Shown in pieces: positions 52,309-61,120 of a stretch of 64,000 nucleotides of DNA. Made by a program: the position numbers and the translations under genes. The first letter of the stretch is position 1. Each line of letters begins with the position of its first letter. The DNA is from Gammaproteobacteria bacterium (GTDB lineage Bacteria; Pseudomonadota; Gammaproteobacteria; Burkholderiales; SG8-41): positions 6,035-70,034 of the forward strand of contig JBGPFE010000003.1 of assembly GCA_041483135.1 (NCBI GenBank), written 5' to 3'. The notes beneath the pieces are model-generated. The model was not told the origin of the DNA, made no database searches, and was given only the letters and a program-made list of their open reading frames with translations.

Positions 52309-54090
52309 CTAGAAGAGCAGATAAGAGAGAGCGAAGTGTATCCCCGAGTCCTGCAGGTCATACGAATTCTGCAGGAAATGGCGGGTGGCCCTGGCCACGT
52401 AGAGCTGGGACTGGAACTGGCGGCCGTAGTCCCAAAGAAACCCCAGACCATAGCCCGCGATCGAATGCGGGGACGCCGGCGTCGCGTCCGAATTCCACGA
52501 GTTGCCGTAGTCGATGAAGGGCGCCAGCTGGAAGCGGCCTTTTCCCGGCTCGCCATCCGTGATCGGAATGCGGTACTCGACCGAAGCGATCACGCCGTTG
52601 TCGCGCAGCAACTGGTTCTCGCGGTAACCGCGCACGGTATTCATGCCGCCGAGGGCAATCTGCTCCAGCGACATGAGCGAATTCGGGGTGTACTGGACAT
52701 CGGTGCGGACGACGAGCTGATTGTTCTTGTACAGGCGTTTTGCCCACTGCACCTGGCCCAGCCAGGAAAAAAAATGCCGGCTCGGCCCGATGCTCGCCAT
52801 CTGCGGACCGGCGTTGGTCCAGCCGTTTGAGAACGTGGAGCGCAGCGCGAGCGCGTCCTCGGGACTGCGCCGCACCCAGTCCTGCGAAAAACGGATGACG
52901 TTGACTTGGCTGTGCCCGTCCGGCACGCCCGGCGTGAACGAGAAGGGTATGCCGAGCAACGAGGTCTGGTTCTCCCGGTACTCGTAGCGCAGCCCCAGCG
53001 AAATGGACTGGTTGATGGTGCGCCAGACCGGTTGCGTGAGTCCGGCCTGGTAGGTCCGCGCCCGGCTCTGGATATTGATTTGATCGAACGGCGTCTCCAG
53101 CACCTGCGAGTCCGTCTCGGTGACGCGCAGCGACAACGTGGTGTCGCGGGCGTTCAGCGGCAGCGCGTAGCCGATCTGATAATCGTCAACGCCATGGGTC
53201 AGGCCGTAACGGATGTCGAACGTATCGCCGCGGCCGGTCAGGTTGCGATTGCTGGCGAAAATCTCTCCGAGATAGGGACCGACGCTCGGCGGCCGCCGGT
53301 TGCTGAACGCCAATCCCACCTGGTAAGGCAGGGCTTCCTCGACGTTCGCTTTCAGCACGGCCTCCCCCGGGCGCGTACCCGGGGACAGTTCGGCATTGAT
53401 GCGCTCGATCAGCCCATCCTGCTGAAGAATCTGCAGGCGCTCCTGCAATTTGTTCCCATTCAATGGCGGGCCGGCGCCGAGCAGGATGCGGTCGATGATG
53501 TATCCGGATTTGAGCTGCTGGTTGCCGGTGATCTCGATTTGGCTGAGCTTGCCTTCGATGATTTCAAAGCGCACGACACCATCCTTGACCTGCTGGTCGG
53601 GAAGCAGTGCGCCGGAATTCAGGTAGCCTTTTTTGATGTAGGCGAGGGTGAGCTTGTTCCTGAGTTCCTGCAGGTCCTCGGAAGTGACGATGCGGTTTTC
53701 ATATTCCTTCGTGATGCCCGCCAGCTCCGCAGCCGGAATGACTTTGTTGCCGGTAATCACGACGCGCTTTACGAAAACACGCAGCCCGGGAACCAGCCTG
53801 CCCGGCTCAACCGGCGGGATAGGCGCGGGCGGCAGCGCGAAGGGGCTGGGTTGCGGCTCGCGAAACGGCGGCAGCAGCGGCCGGGTGTCGCTGGGCCGCT
53901 GCTCGAATGGCGCGGGCGCCGGCGGCACCTGCGCCAGGGCGGCCGCGGCGCAGCACAGCATCAGCGCGTACGCGCAAGCCCGCTGCACCGCCAAGTTACG
54001 CAAACGCCGCCGCTGACTGCAAAACTGCGCGTCGAGCCTGGCGCCGCTGTCACTCCCTGACACGTTTTTTTTCTGTTGTATGGTTGTCAA
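52309..54090 (-). CDS. ShlB/FhaC/HecB-family two-partner secretion transporter (TpsB)
   Basis: Signal region, Pro-rich linker, and POTRA region (VVITGNKVIPAAELAGITKEYENRIVTSEDLQELRNKLTLAYIKKGYLNS). Omp85-type barrel ending in ...HFALSYLLF. The TTG start at 54090 is uncertain. Confidence 0.9.
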   Translation of the reverse strand: MTTIQQKKNVSGSDSGARLDAQFCSQRRRLRNLAVQRACAYALMLCCAAAALAQVPPAPAPFEQRPSDTRPLLPPFREPQPSPFALPPAPIPPVEPGRLVPGLRVFVKRVVITGNKVIPAAELAGITKEYENRIVTSEDLQELRNKLTLAYIKKGYLNSGALLPDQQVKDGVVRFEIIEGKLSQIEITGNQQLKSGYIIDRILLGAGPPLNGNKLQERLQILQQDGLIERINAELSPGTRPGEAVLKANVEEALPYQVGLAFSNRRPPSVGPYLGEIFASNRNLTGRGDTFDIRYGLTHGVDDYQIGYALPLNARDTTLSLRVTETDSQVLETPFDQINIQSRARTYQAGLTQPVWRTINQSISLGLRYEYRENQTSLLGIPFSFTPGVPDGHSQVNVIRFSQDWVRRSPEDALALRSTFSNGWTNAGPQMASIGPSRHFFSWLGQVQWAKRLYKNNQLVVRTDVQYTPNSLMSLEQIALGGMNTVRGYRENQLLRDNGVIASVEYRIPITDGEPGKGRFQLAPFIDYGNSWNSDATPASPHSIAGYGLGFLWDYGRQFQSQLYVARATRHFLQNSYDLQDSGIHFALSYLLF

Positions 54091-54109
54091 TTACCGGCGA
54101 AGTTGTTTT

Positions 54110-57100
54110 TTATTTCGAACAGCCGAAATCGTTCTGCGCCAGCAGAAGAGACTGATTGCCGCTGCCGTTGGTTATGTCCGCTGCTGCAACCGCGGGCGAA
54201 TTCATCGAAGCGGAACTCGGCAGCAAGCCGGCCGGCTCCACCGGCATGCCGCCGCGACCCGCCAGCACGAAGCTGCTCGCCTTGCCGGCGAGGCGCGCGG
54301 CGCAGCGCTCCGCGAGCAAATTACTCACATCCAGATAGGCCGTGGGAAGAGTGACGAGATTGCTGGTCAGGTCGACAATCGGCGAGCTGATCGAAACCGT
54401 CCCGCTGACGCCAAGCTGCGAGGACGCCGAGATCACGCTGCCGGGCGATTCGAAGATGTTGCCAGCGGTGATGTTGATGTTGCCGCCGTTGCCGCCGAAG
54501 GCGTTGGCGATGATCTGGCTGCTTTGCAGCACCACGAAGGTGGGGTCGATGGTGATGTTGCCGCCGTTGCCGAGGCCGGCCCCCACCGTGGTGGTGATTT
54601 TGCTGTCCTGCAGGGAGACCAGCACCCCCGCATGAATGTCGATGTTGCCGCCGTCGGCGCGGATCGACTCGGTCGTGATCGCGCTGCCGCCCGTGAGCTG
54701 CAGCGAATTGCCCGCGTTCAGCACGATGTGCCCGGCGAGGCCGCTGCTGGTGGATTTGGCGCTGATGCTCGAGCCGCCATCGAGCAGGATATCGCCGGCG
54801 TTCACCGTGATCGTGCCGCCGCGCCCGCTCCAGTTGGTGCTGGTGTCGATGCGGCCGCCGGCGCTCAGCGCGAGCCGCCCGGCGTTGAGCGTGACGTCGC
54901 CGGCGTTGCCGGTGCCGTTGGTGTTCGACGCGATGCTGCGCCCGGCGACCGCGAGCACCGGGGCGGTGATCGTGATGCTGCCGCCGTCGCCCTGCGTGTT
55001 GATCAGGGTCGAGGTGTCGATCGCGGGCAGGAAGTGGTTCGTCGTGGGCATGATGGAAACCGATCCGCTCGCCGCGATATTGATGCTGCCGCCGCGGCTG
55101 GAGCCGAACAGCACGCTCGCGCCGATATTGGAATCGCCCTGCATCAGCAGGCTGCCCACGCTGAGCGAAATCACGCCGGCGTCGGCGCCGAAATTGGTGT
55201 TTGACTGGATCGAGCCGCCGTTCATCGTCAGCAGCGGCGTGGTGACCGTGATCGCGCCGCCGCGTCCGCCGAAATAAGTCGACGCATCGAGTCCGCCGAG
55301 TTGCGTCGGGCCCGCGGTGATCTCGATGCGGTCGCTGGCGTTGACGTTGAGATTGCCGCCGTCGCCGTTGCCGAGGTAGCTCGAGACCGAGAGCTGGCCG
55401 TCGCCCAGCAGCCGCAGCGTGCCGGTCGTCACGTTGATATTGCCCGCGCGCCCCTGGTCGTGGGTGATGGCGAGGATGGCCGCGCCGTCGACCACCAGCA
55501 ACGGCGTCGCGATCGTGATCGAGCCGCCGTTGCCAATGCTGTCGGCCTCGCTGCTGATTCCGGTCAATGCCGCGCCAAAAACCTGCAGCGACGAACTGGC
55601 GCGCAGGTCGATATCGGCGCCGGCGCCCGCGCCCCAGGTGGTGCTCCGTATCGGGCCTGCGACCGTGACATCGGCGCCCTGGATCAGGATGCCGCCGGTG
55701 GTGCCGCTGCTGTAATTGGTGGAATCCACGATGCCGTCCGTGATGCCGATCTGCGGCGCCGTGAGGGTGATGGCGCCGGCGCCGCCGGTGGTGGTCGCCA
55801 CCGAACTCACCGTGCCGCCGTTCGACAGATTCAAACTTTGCGCGGCCGTCAGCACGAGGTCGCCGCTGCGGCCGGCCGCATAGCTCGCAGAGGCCACCGC
55901 GGCGCCGTCGGCGATGCTGATGCTATTCGCCTGCACGCTGATGTTGCCCGAGTTTCCGGGGCCGAAGGTGGCGGTGGACAGGCCGCTCAACACGCTCGCG
56001 CTTTCGTTGCCAGCGATCGCCACGCTCCCCGTCGCGGTCAGCATGATGTCGCCGCCGCGTCCGCTGCCGTACGTTTCGGTGAGCACGCGGCCGCCGCTGT
56101 CGAACTGCGCCGAGCCGACGTTCAGGTTGATGCCGGCGCCATTGCCGCCGGCGGTGGCGAACGAGTAGATATTGCCGCCGGTGTCGATTGTCAATTGCGG
56201 CGCGGTCACCGCAATCGTGCCGGCGGACCCGGCGCCGTTGCTGCCGGCGTACAGCCCGCTGCGGTTGCCGGAGATGTCGGTGCCGGAGATCACCACCGGC
56301 GCGCTGCTCGTGATCGTTTGGTTGCCGCCCGCTCCGGTTCCGCTCACGGAGGTATCGAGAAACGAACCGCCGGTCAGCGCGACGCCGGCGGCCGTGAGCA
56401 GCAGATTGCCGCCGCTGCCCGCGCCGAGATTGCGCGCGGTGATGGCGCTGCCCGCGAGCGACGCCATTCCGCTCAGCGCCAGTTCGACGTTGCCGCCGGC
56501 GCCCGGTTGGTCGTGATCGGAAGTGAGCGCCGAGTTCGTCATGGTCAGCGTGCCGCCGCGGATGAAAATATTTCCCGCCGTGAGACCGGGCACGCTGTCG
56601 GTCTGCAGCAGCGATCCGCTGAAGGTCAGCAGCGAAGAGTTGGCGGCGACCGCCGCGCCGATGCCCGGCGCGGCGGGCAGCACTTCGCCGGGCGCGCTCA
56701 CGCCCGCGATGTCGATCTGCCCGCCGGCCGCGCGCAGCAGCGCGTTCGTCAGCGTGACGCCGCCGCCGAAGAGCGACAGCGTCTGGCCGTCGGGCATCTG
56801 CAGCGTCGACCCCGACACCGTCACTGGTGCCGGATTCGCGTTCAGGAACCCGAACGCCGAAGGCGGTGCGGAGGTCAATACGCTGTTGGCGGGCGTGGTG
56901 GCGTCAAAGCGCCCGTTGCTGCCGAGCTTCACGTAATCGGCGGTGCTCGCGTGAAACGAGCCGCTGATGTTGAGGCTCGCGTTGGGGCCGAAGGAAATCC
57001 CGAGCGGATCGATCAGGAAGAAGTTCGCGCCGCCTATCGTCGAAGCGATCTGGCCGTCGATGCTCGAGGCGCTGCCGGTGACGCGGGTGATGACGTTGGC

Positions 57101-57352
57101 AACCGGGGTGGTCGAGGAGAAGGTCGCGGTTTCGCTGGTGCCGATATTGAAGGTGCCGAAGCTGAAGAAGAGGTTGCCGCCGGCGCCGCCGACGATCTGG
57201 CCGTAGGTCTGGGTGATGGGGTAGTTGGGGCCGTTGATGGTGCGCACGGCGCCCAAGGTGTTGTCGGTGACCACGCTGCCGGCGGCGAACGCCGGAACTG
57301 CCTGCACCGCGAACAGCGCAAGCGCAAAGCGATACACTGCGGCTTCTCTCAC
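54110..57352 (-). CDS. TpsA-like filamentous-haemagglutinin N-terminal (TPS) domain protein, paralog 1
   Basis: Short signal peptide, then the TPS domain. Key blocks are VVTDNTLGAV, NLFFSFGTFNIG, VITRVTGSASSIDGQI and ANFFLIDPLGISFGPNA. A Gly/Ser/Thr/Asn-rich beta-helix-type repeat region follows. The conserved C-terminal module is ERCAARLAGKASSFVLAGRGGMPVEP...NDFGCSK. The GTG start at 57352 was chosen by alignment with paralog 2. The track ORF starts at TTG 57370. Confidence 0.85.
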   Translation of the reverse strand: MREAAVYRFALALFAVQAVPAFAAGSVVTDNTLGAVRTINGPNYPITQTYGQIVGGAGGNLFFSFGTFNIGTSETATFSSTTPVANVITRVTGSASSIDGQIASTIGGANFFLIDPLGISFGPNASLNISGSFHASTADYVKLGSNGRFDATTPANSVLTSAPPSAFGFLNANPAPVTVSGSTLQMPDGQTLSLFGGGVTLTNALLRAAGGQIDIAGVSAPGEVLPAAPGIGAAVAANSSLLTFSGSLLQTDSVPGLTAGNIFIRGGTLTMTNSALTSDHDQPGAGGNVELALSGMASLAGSAITARNLGAGSGGNLLLTAAGVALTGGSFLDTSVSGTGAGGNQTITSSAPVVISGTDISGNRSGLYAGSNGAGSAGTIAVTAPQLTIDTGGNIYSFATAGGNGAGINLNVGSAQFDSGGRVLTETYGSGRGGDIMLTATGSVAIAGNESASVLSGLSTATFGPGNSGNISVQANSISIADGAAVASASYAAGRSGDLVLTAAQSLNLSNGGTVSSVATTTGGAGAITLTAPQIGITDGIVDSTNYSSGTTGGILIQGADVTVAGPIRSTTWGAGAGADIDLRASSSLQVFGAALTGISSEADSIGNGGSITIATPLLVVDGAAILAITHDQGRAGNINVTTGTLRLLGDGQLSVSSYLGNGDGGNLNVNASDRIEITAGPTQLGGLDASTYFGGRGGAITVTTPLLTMNGGSIQSNTNFGADAGVISLSVGSLLMQGDSNIGASVLFGSSRGGSINIAASGSVSIMPTTNHFLPAIDTSTLINTQGDGGSITITAPVLAVAGRSIASNTNGTGNAGDVTLNAGRLALSAGGRIDTSTNWSGRGGTITVNAGDILLDGGSSISAKSTSSGLAGHIVLNAGNSLQLTGGSAITTESIRADGGNIDIHAGVLVSLQDSKITTTVGAGLGNGGNITIDPTFVVLQSSQIIANAFGGNGGNINITAGNIFESPGSVISASSQLGVSGTVSISSPIVDLTSNLVTLPTAYLDVSNLLAERCAARLAGKASSFVLAGRGGMPVEPAGLLPSSASMNSPAVAAADITNGSGNQSLLLAQNDFGCSK

Positions 57353-57498
57353 CCCAGCCTGCCTTTGCAACCGCGTGCCAACTTCACAGCCTGCGATGCC
57401 GAGGGCATCCGCATGCTGGTGGAATTGAACCGAGCATCCATCATATCGCCCCGTTCCCGCCCATGGAAATGTTCGCCGTCACACCGGCGAGGTCGTTT

Positions 57499-60400
57499 TT
57501 ATTTCGTGCAGCCGAAATCGTTCTGCGCCAGCAGAAGAGACTGATTGCCGCTGCCGCCGCCCACGCGCGCTGCAACCGCGGGCGGATGCAGCGCGGCGGA
57601 ACTGGGCAGCAAGCCGGCCGGCTCCACCGGCATGCCGCCGCGGCCCGCCATCACGAAACTGCTCGCTTTGCCGGCCAGGCGCGCGGCGCAGCGTTCCGCC
57701 AGCAGGGCGCTCACGTCAAGATAAGAGGTCGGCAGCGTCACGAGGCTGCTCGTGAGATCGACGATGGGCGAGGTGATGGTGACCGTGCCGCTGATGCCGA
57801 GCTGCGAGGATGCCGAGATCACGCTGTCAGGCGATTGGAAGATGTTGCCGGCGATGATATCGATATTGCCGCCGTTGCCAGCGACGGCGTTGGCGATGAT
57901 GCTGCTTCCGTTTAGAACCACGAAGGTGGGGTCGATTAAAATGTTGCCGCCGTTCCCCGCCCCGCCGCCGACGCTCGTCGTAATGCGGCTGCCATTGAGA
58001 GAGACCAGGTCGCTGGCAAAGATCTTGATATTGCCGCCGTCGGCGCTATCCGCTGCAGCCGTAATGGCGCTGTTATCCATGCGCAGGCTCGCGCCGGCAT
58101 TAATGATGATGTCTCCCGCATTACCTGATCCCGTACTCTTAGAGGTGATTTGAGCGCCGCTGTCAAGAGTTACTGATTGGCCGGCAGTAATGGAAATTTG
58201 CCCGCCGAGTCCCGAGCTTTCAGCAATTGCAGAAATTCCGCTGCTGTTTCCGGAGATGGAGATGTTGTTGGCTTTGACCGATATAAATCCGGCATTGCCT
58301 GAATCGGATGTGCTCGCCGATATTTGTCCGCCGCCCGTTAGAGTCAGGCCCTGCGTGGTAATCAGAACATCGCCGCCGTCGCCATTCGCGTAGACGTCAG
58401 AAGATATCCCGGTGAAGTTTGCGCTGGCAGACCCGTCGATGGCGATGTTGTTGGCGTCGACCGATATCAGCCCGCCTTTTCCCGAACCGGAGGTGTCTGC
58501 AATGATGAATCCGCCAGCGGCCACGCTCAGACTTTGGGTGGTGATCAGAATACCGCCGCCGTTGCCTGTGCTCCCTGTCTCAGCCGTTGCGAACAATCCG
58601 CTGCTGTTTCCGGAGATAGCGATGTTGTTGGCTTTGACCGATATTATTCCGGCATTCCCTGCATCAAACGTGCTCGCCGAAATTTGTCCGCCGCCGGTCA
58701 GGGCCAGGCTCTGCGTGGTTATCAGAATGCCGCCGCCGTCGCCATTCGCGTTGACGTCAGAAGATATCCCGGTGAAGTTTGCGCTGGCAGACCCGTCGAT
58801 GGTGATGTTGTCGGCGGTGACCGATATCACTCCCCCTTTTCCCGGGCCGGAGGTGTCTGCGGTGATCACCCCGGTATTTGTCAGGGTCAGACCCTGGGTG
58901 GTAATAAAAATACCGCCGCCATTGCCTGTGCTCCCCGTCTCAGCCGTTGCGAAAATTCCGCTGTTGCCCCCGCTGTTACTTCCCGAGATAGCGATGTTGT
59001 TGGCGGTGATCGATAAGAATCCAGCATTCCCTGCATTGTTCGTGCTCGCCGAAATTTGCCCGCCGCCGGTCAGGGCCAGGCCCTGCGTGGCAATTAGAAC
59101 ATCGCCGCCATTGCCATTCGCGAAGACATCGGAGGAAATCCCGGTAAAGAAACCCCCGCTGCCAGTCCCGTCAATGGTGATGTTGTTGGCGGTGACCGAT
59201 ATCAACCCGCCTTTTCCCGGGCCGTGGGTGTCCACTGTGATCTGCCCGGTATTTGTCAGGGTCAGGCCCTGGGTGGAAATAAAAATATCGCCGCCATTGC
59301 CATTCGCGAAGACATCGGAGGAAATCCCGGTAAAGAAACCCCCGCTGCCAGTCCCGTCGATGGTGATGTTGTCGGCGGTGACCGATATCACCCCGCCTTT
59401 TCCCGAACCGGAGGTGTCTGCATCGATCAATCCACCGGCGGCCACGGTCAGGCTCTGGGTGGAGATCAGAATATCGCCGCCATTGCCTGTGCTCCCCGAA
59501 TTAGCCGTTGCGAAAATTCCGCTGTTTTTTCCGGATATGGCGATGTTGCTGGCGTTTACAAGTGTCGTTCCTCCATTCCCGGCACCGCGGGTGGAGACTA
59601 TGAGCTCTCCACCACCCATCAAGTTTAGATTTTGCGTGGTAATTTGAATATCGCCGGCATTGCCTGTACTTCCTGCCCCAGCACTAGCAAAAATCGCGCT
59701 GGAAAATCCCCCGCCTGTGCCGGAGATGGTGATGTCGTTGGAGTTGACGGATACCGACCCTGCATTCCCTGAACCGTTGGTGAGGGCCTGGATCTGCGCG
59801 CCATTCAGCAGGTTTACTGTCTGGGCCTGAATATCAATGCCTTGGCCGTTCCCGGATTTGGTATCTGCATATAAAAAAGACTGGTCAAGAGTCAATTGAC
59901 CGCCGCGGATAAAAATCGAACCGCCGCCAGTTACTGAGCCGACTGGTTCGCTCGCATTGACGTAACTATTTCCGGCCAGCGAAATGGCGCCCAAGGCGGC
60001 GAAGGAACTTACGTCCACTCCCCCGGTGGTCAGTCCCGCTTCGCCGCCCGAGGCCACGCTCGCAAGATTGACGACGCCGGAGAGCGCTTGCAGGTGGGCG
60101 CCGTTGGTCAGGCTGATGTCGCCCGCGACTACGGACAGCGTCTGCCCCGCGGGGACCGACAGCTGGCTGCCGTTGAAACTGATGGACGCAGGCGTGGGCC
60201 CCAGGAACCCGAACGCCGAGGGCGCTGCGGAGGTCAATACGCTGTTGGCGGGCGTGGTGGCGTCAAAGCGCCCGTTGCTGCCGAGCTTCACGTAATCGGC
60301 GGTGGTCGCGTGAAACGAGCCGCTGATGTTGAGGCTCGCGTTGGGGCCGAAGGAAATCCCGAGCGGATCGATCAGAAAGAAGTTCGCGCCGCCTATCGTC

Positions 60401-60720
60401 GAAGCGATCTGGCCGTCGATGCTCGACGCGCTGCCGGTGACGCGGGTGATGACGTTAGAAACCGAGGTGGTCGAGGAGAAGGTCGCGGTCTCGCTGGTGC
60501 CGATATTGAAGGTGCCGAAGCTGAAGAAGAGATTGCCGCCGGCGCCGCCGACGATCTGGCCGTAAGTCTGGGTGATGGGGTAGTTGGGGCCGTTGATGGT
60601 GCGCACGGCGCCCAGGGTATTGTCGGTCACCACGCTGCCGGCGGCGAACGCCGAAACTACCTGCACCGCGAACAGGAGGAGTGCGAAGCGATACGTCACC
60701 GCTAGCAACGGATTTCTCAT
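57499..60720 (-). CDS. TpsA-like filamentous-haemagglutinin N-terminal (TPS) domain protein, paralog 2
   Basis: The TPS domain is nearly identical to paralog 1, the core consists of 58-63-aa tandem repeats, and the C-terminal module is the same (...GRGGMPVEP...NDFGCTK). The ATG at 60720 is preceded by AGGGG. The track ORF starts at 60765. Confidence 0.85.
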   Translation of the reverse strand: MRNPLLAVTYRFALLLFAVQVVSAFAAGSVVTDNTLGAVRTINGPNYPITQTYGQIVGGAGGNLFFSFGTFNIGTSETATFSSTTSVSNVITRVTGSASSIDGQIASTIGGANFFLIDPLGISFGPNASLNISGSFHATTADYVKLGSNGRFDATTPANSVLTSAAPSAFGFLGPTPASISFNGSQLSVPAGQTLSVVAGDISLTNGAHLQALSGVVNLASVASGGEAGLTTGGVDVSSFAALGAISLAGNSYVNASEPVGSVTGGGSIFIRGGQLTLDQSFLYADTKSGNGQGIDIQAQTVNLLNGAQIQALTNGSGNAGSVSVNSNDITISGTGGGFSSAIFASAGAGSTGNAGDIQITTQNLNLMGGGELIVSTRGAGNGGTTLVNASNIAISGKNSGIFATANSGSTGNGGDILISTQSLTVAAGGLIDADTSGSGKGGVISVTADNITIDGTGSGGFFTGISSDVFANGNGGDIFISTQGLTLTNTGQITVDTHGPGKGGLISVTANNITIDGTGSGGFFTGISSDVFANGNGGDVLIATQGLALTGGGQISASTNNAGNAGFLSITANNIAISGSNSGGNSGIFATAETGSTGNGGGIFITTQGLTLTNTGVITADTSGPGKGGVISVTADNITIDGSASANFTGISSDVNANGDGGGILITTQSLALTGGGQISASTFDAGNAGIISVKANNIAISGNSSGLFATAETGSTGNGGGILITTQSLSVAAGGFIIADTSGSGKGGLISVDANNIAIDGSASANFTGISSDVYANGDGGDVLITTQGLTLTGGGQISASTSDSGNAGFISVKANNISISGNSSGISAIAESSGLGGQISITAGQSVTLDSGAQITSKSTGSGNAGDIIINAGASLRMDNSAITAAADSADGGNIKIFASDLVSLNGSRITTSVGGGAGNGGNILIDPTFVVLNGSSIIANAVAGNGGNIDIIAGNIFQSPDSVISASSQLGISGTVTITSPIVDLTSSLVTLPTSYLDVSALLAERCAARLAGKASSFVMAGRGGMPVEPAGLLPSSAALHPPAVAARVGGGSGNQSLLLAQNDFGCTK
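58111..59769. repeat. in-frame tandem coding repeats (about 58-63 codons each, two alternating subtypes) inside tpsA2
   Basis: Residues about 333-885 of the 1088-aa ORF. Units start GKGG(V/L)ISV.. or GNAG(F/I).S... Adjacent units at 59101 and 59287 (offset 186 nt) share about 119 nt with 3 mismatches. Confidence 0.8.
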
Positions 60721-61120
60721 CTTTGGCCCCTGTGGTGGCGCCCCGAGCGCAGTCTGGTATGACAATTGCGTAGAAACATCACAACATACCTCTCCATGCC
60801 TGTCAATTTAGGTTGTGACTGCTCGATGCGCTGATGTAGTATCGGGCGCGTATCCTTCGATTCCAGCGGTAATACGTGCTTCGGCGATAGCTGCAGCGCA
60901 ATATGCCGGCAATGCCTTGAACATGGCAAGGCGAATCGTTCACGTATATGCCGTGAATATTTACGGGCCGAAGTTCGCCGGTTTTATTTACCATCCAGGG
61001 CATGGATCCAGTTGCGCCACGCGCTGGCTATGTAACTGCAATCCGCACGATCGCTGGTTTGAACGTGCGGGATTTTGCGGCCGCGAGATTTTCCCATCGA
61101 CCGTTTGAGGGGGGGCTGTA

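Noticed and set aside
55301-57544. 747-aa + strand ORF, and many 60-410-aa + strand ORFs across 54.1-60.8 kb
   Set aside because: These are mirror images of the Gly/Ala/Ser/Thr-rich tpsA repeats and their translations are Ala/Gly/Arg/Pro-rich. The TPS-domain motifs and matching TpsB partner support the minus strand as coding.
58111-59769. Possible CRISPR array, because of regularly spaced near-identical repeats
   Set aside because: The repeat units are contiguous, about 186 nt long and in frame inside a long ORF. There are no unique spacers and no cas genes. They are protein-coding tandem repeats.
54110-60765. Contact-dependent inhibition (CdiA/CdiB/CdiI) locus
   Set aside because: There is no VENN or other pre-toxin motif. 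The C-termini are conserved between the paralogs rather than polymorphic. No small immunity-like ORF follows either gene. The proteins are also much shorter than typical CdiA.
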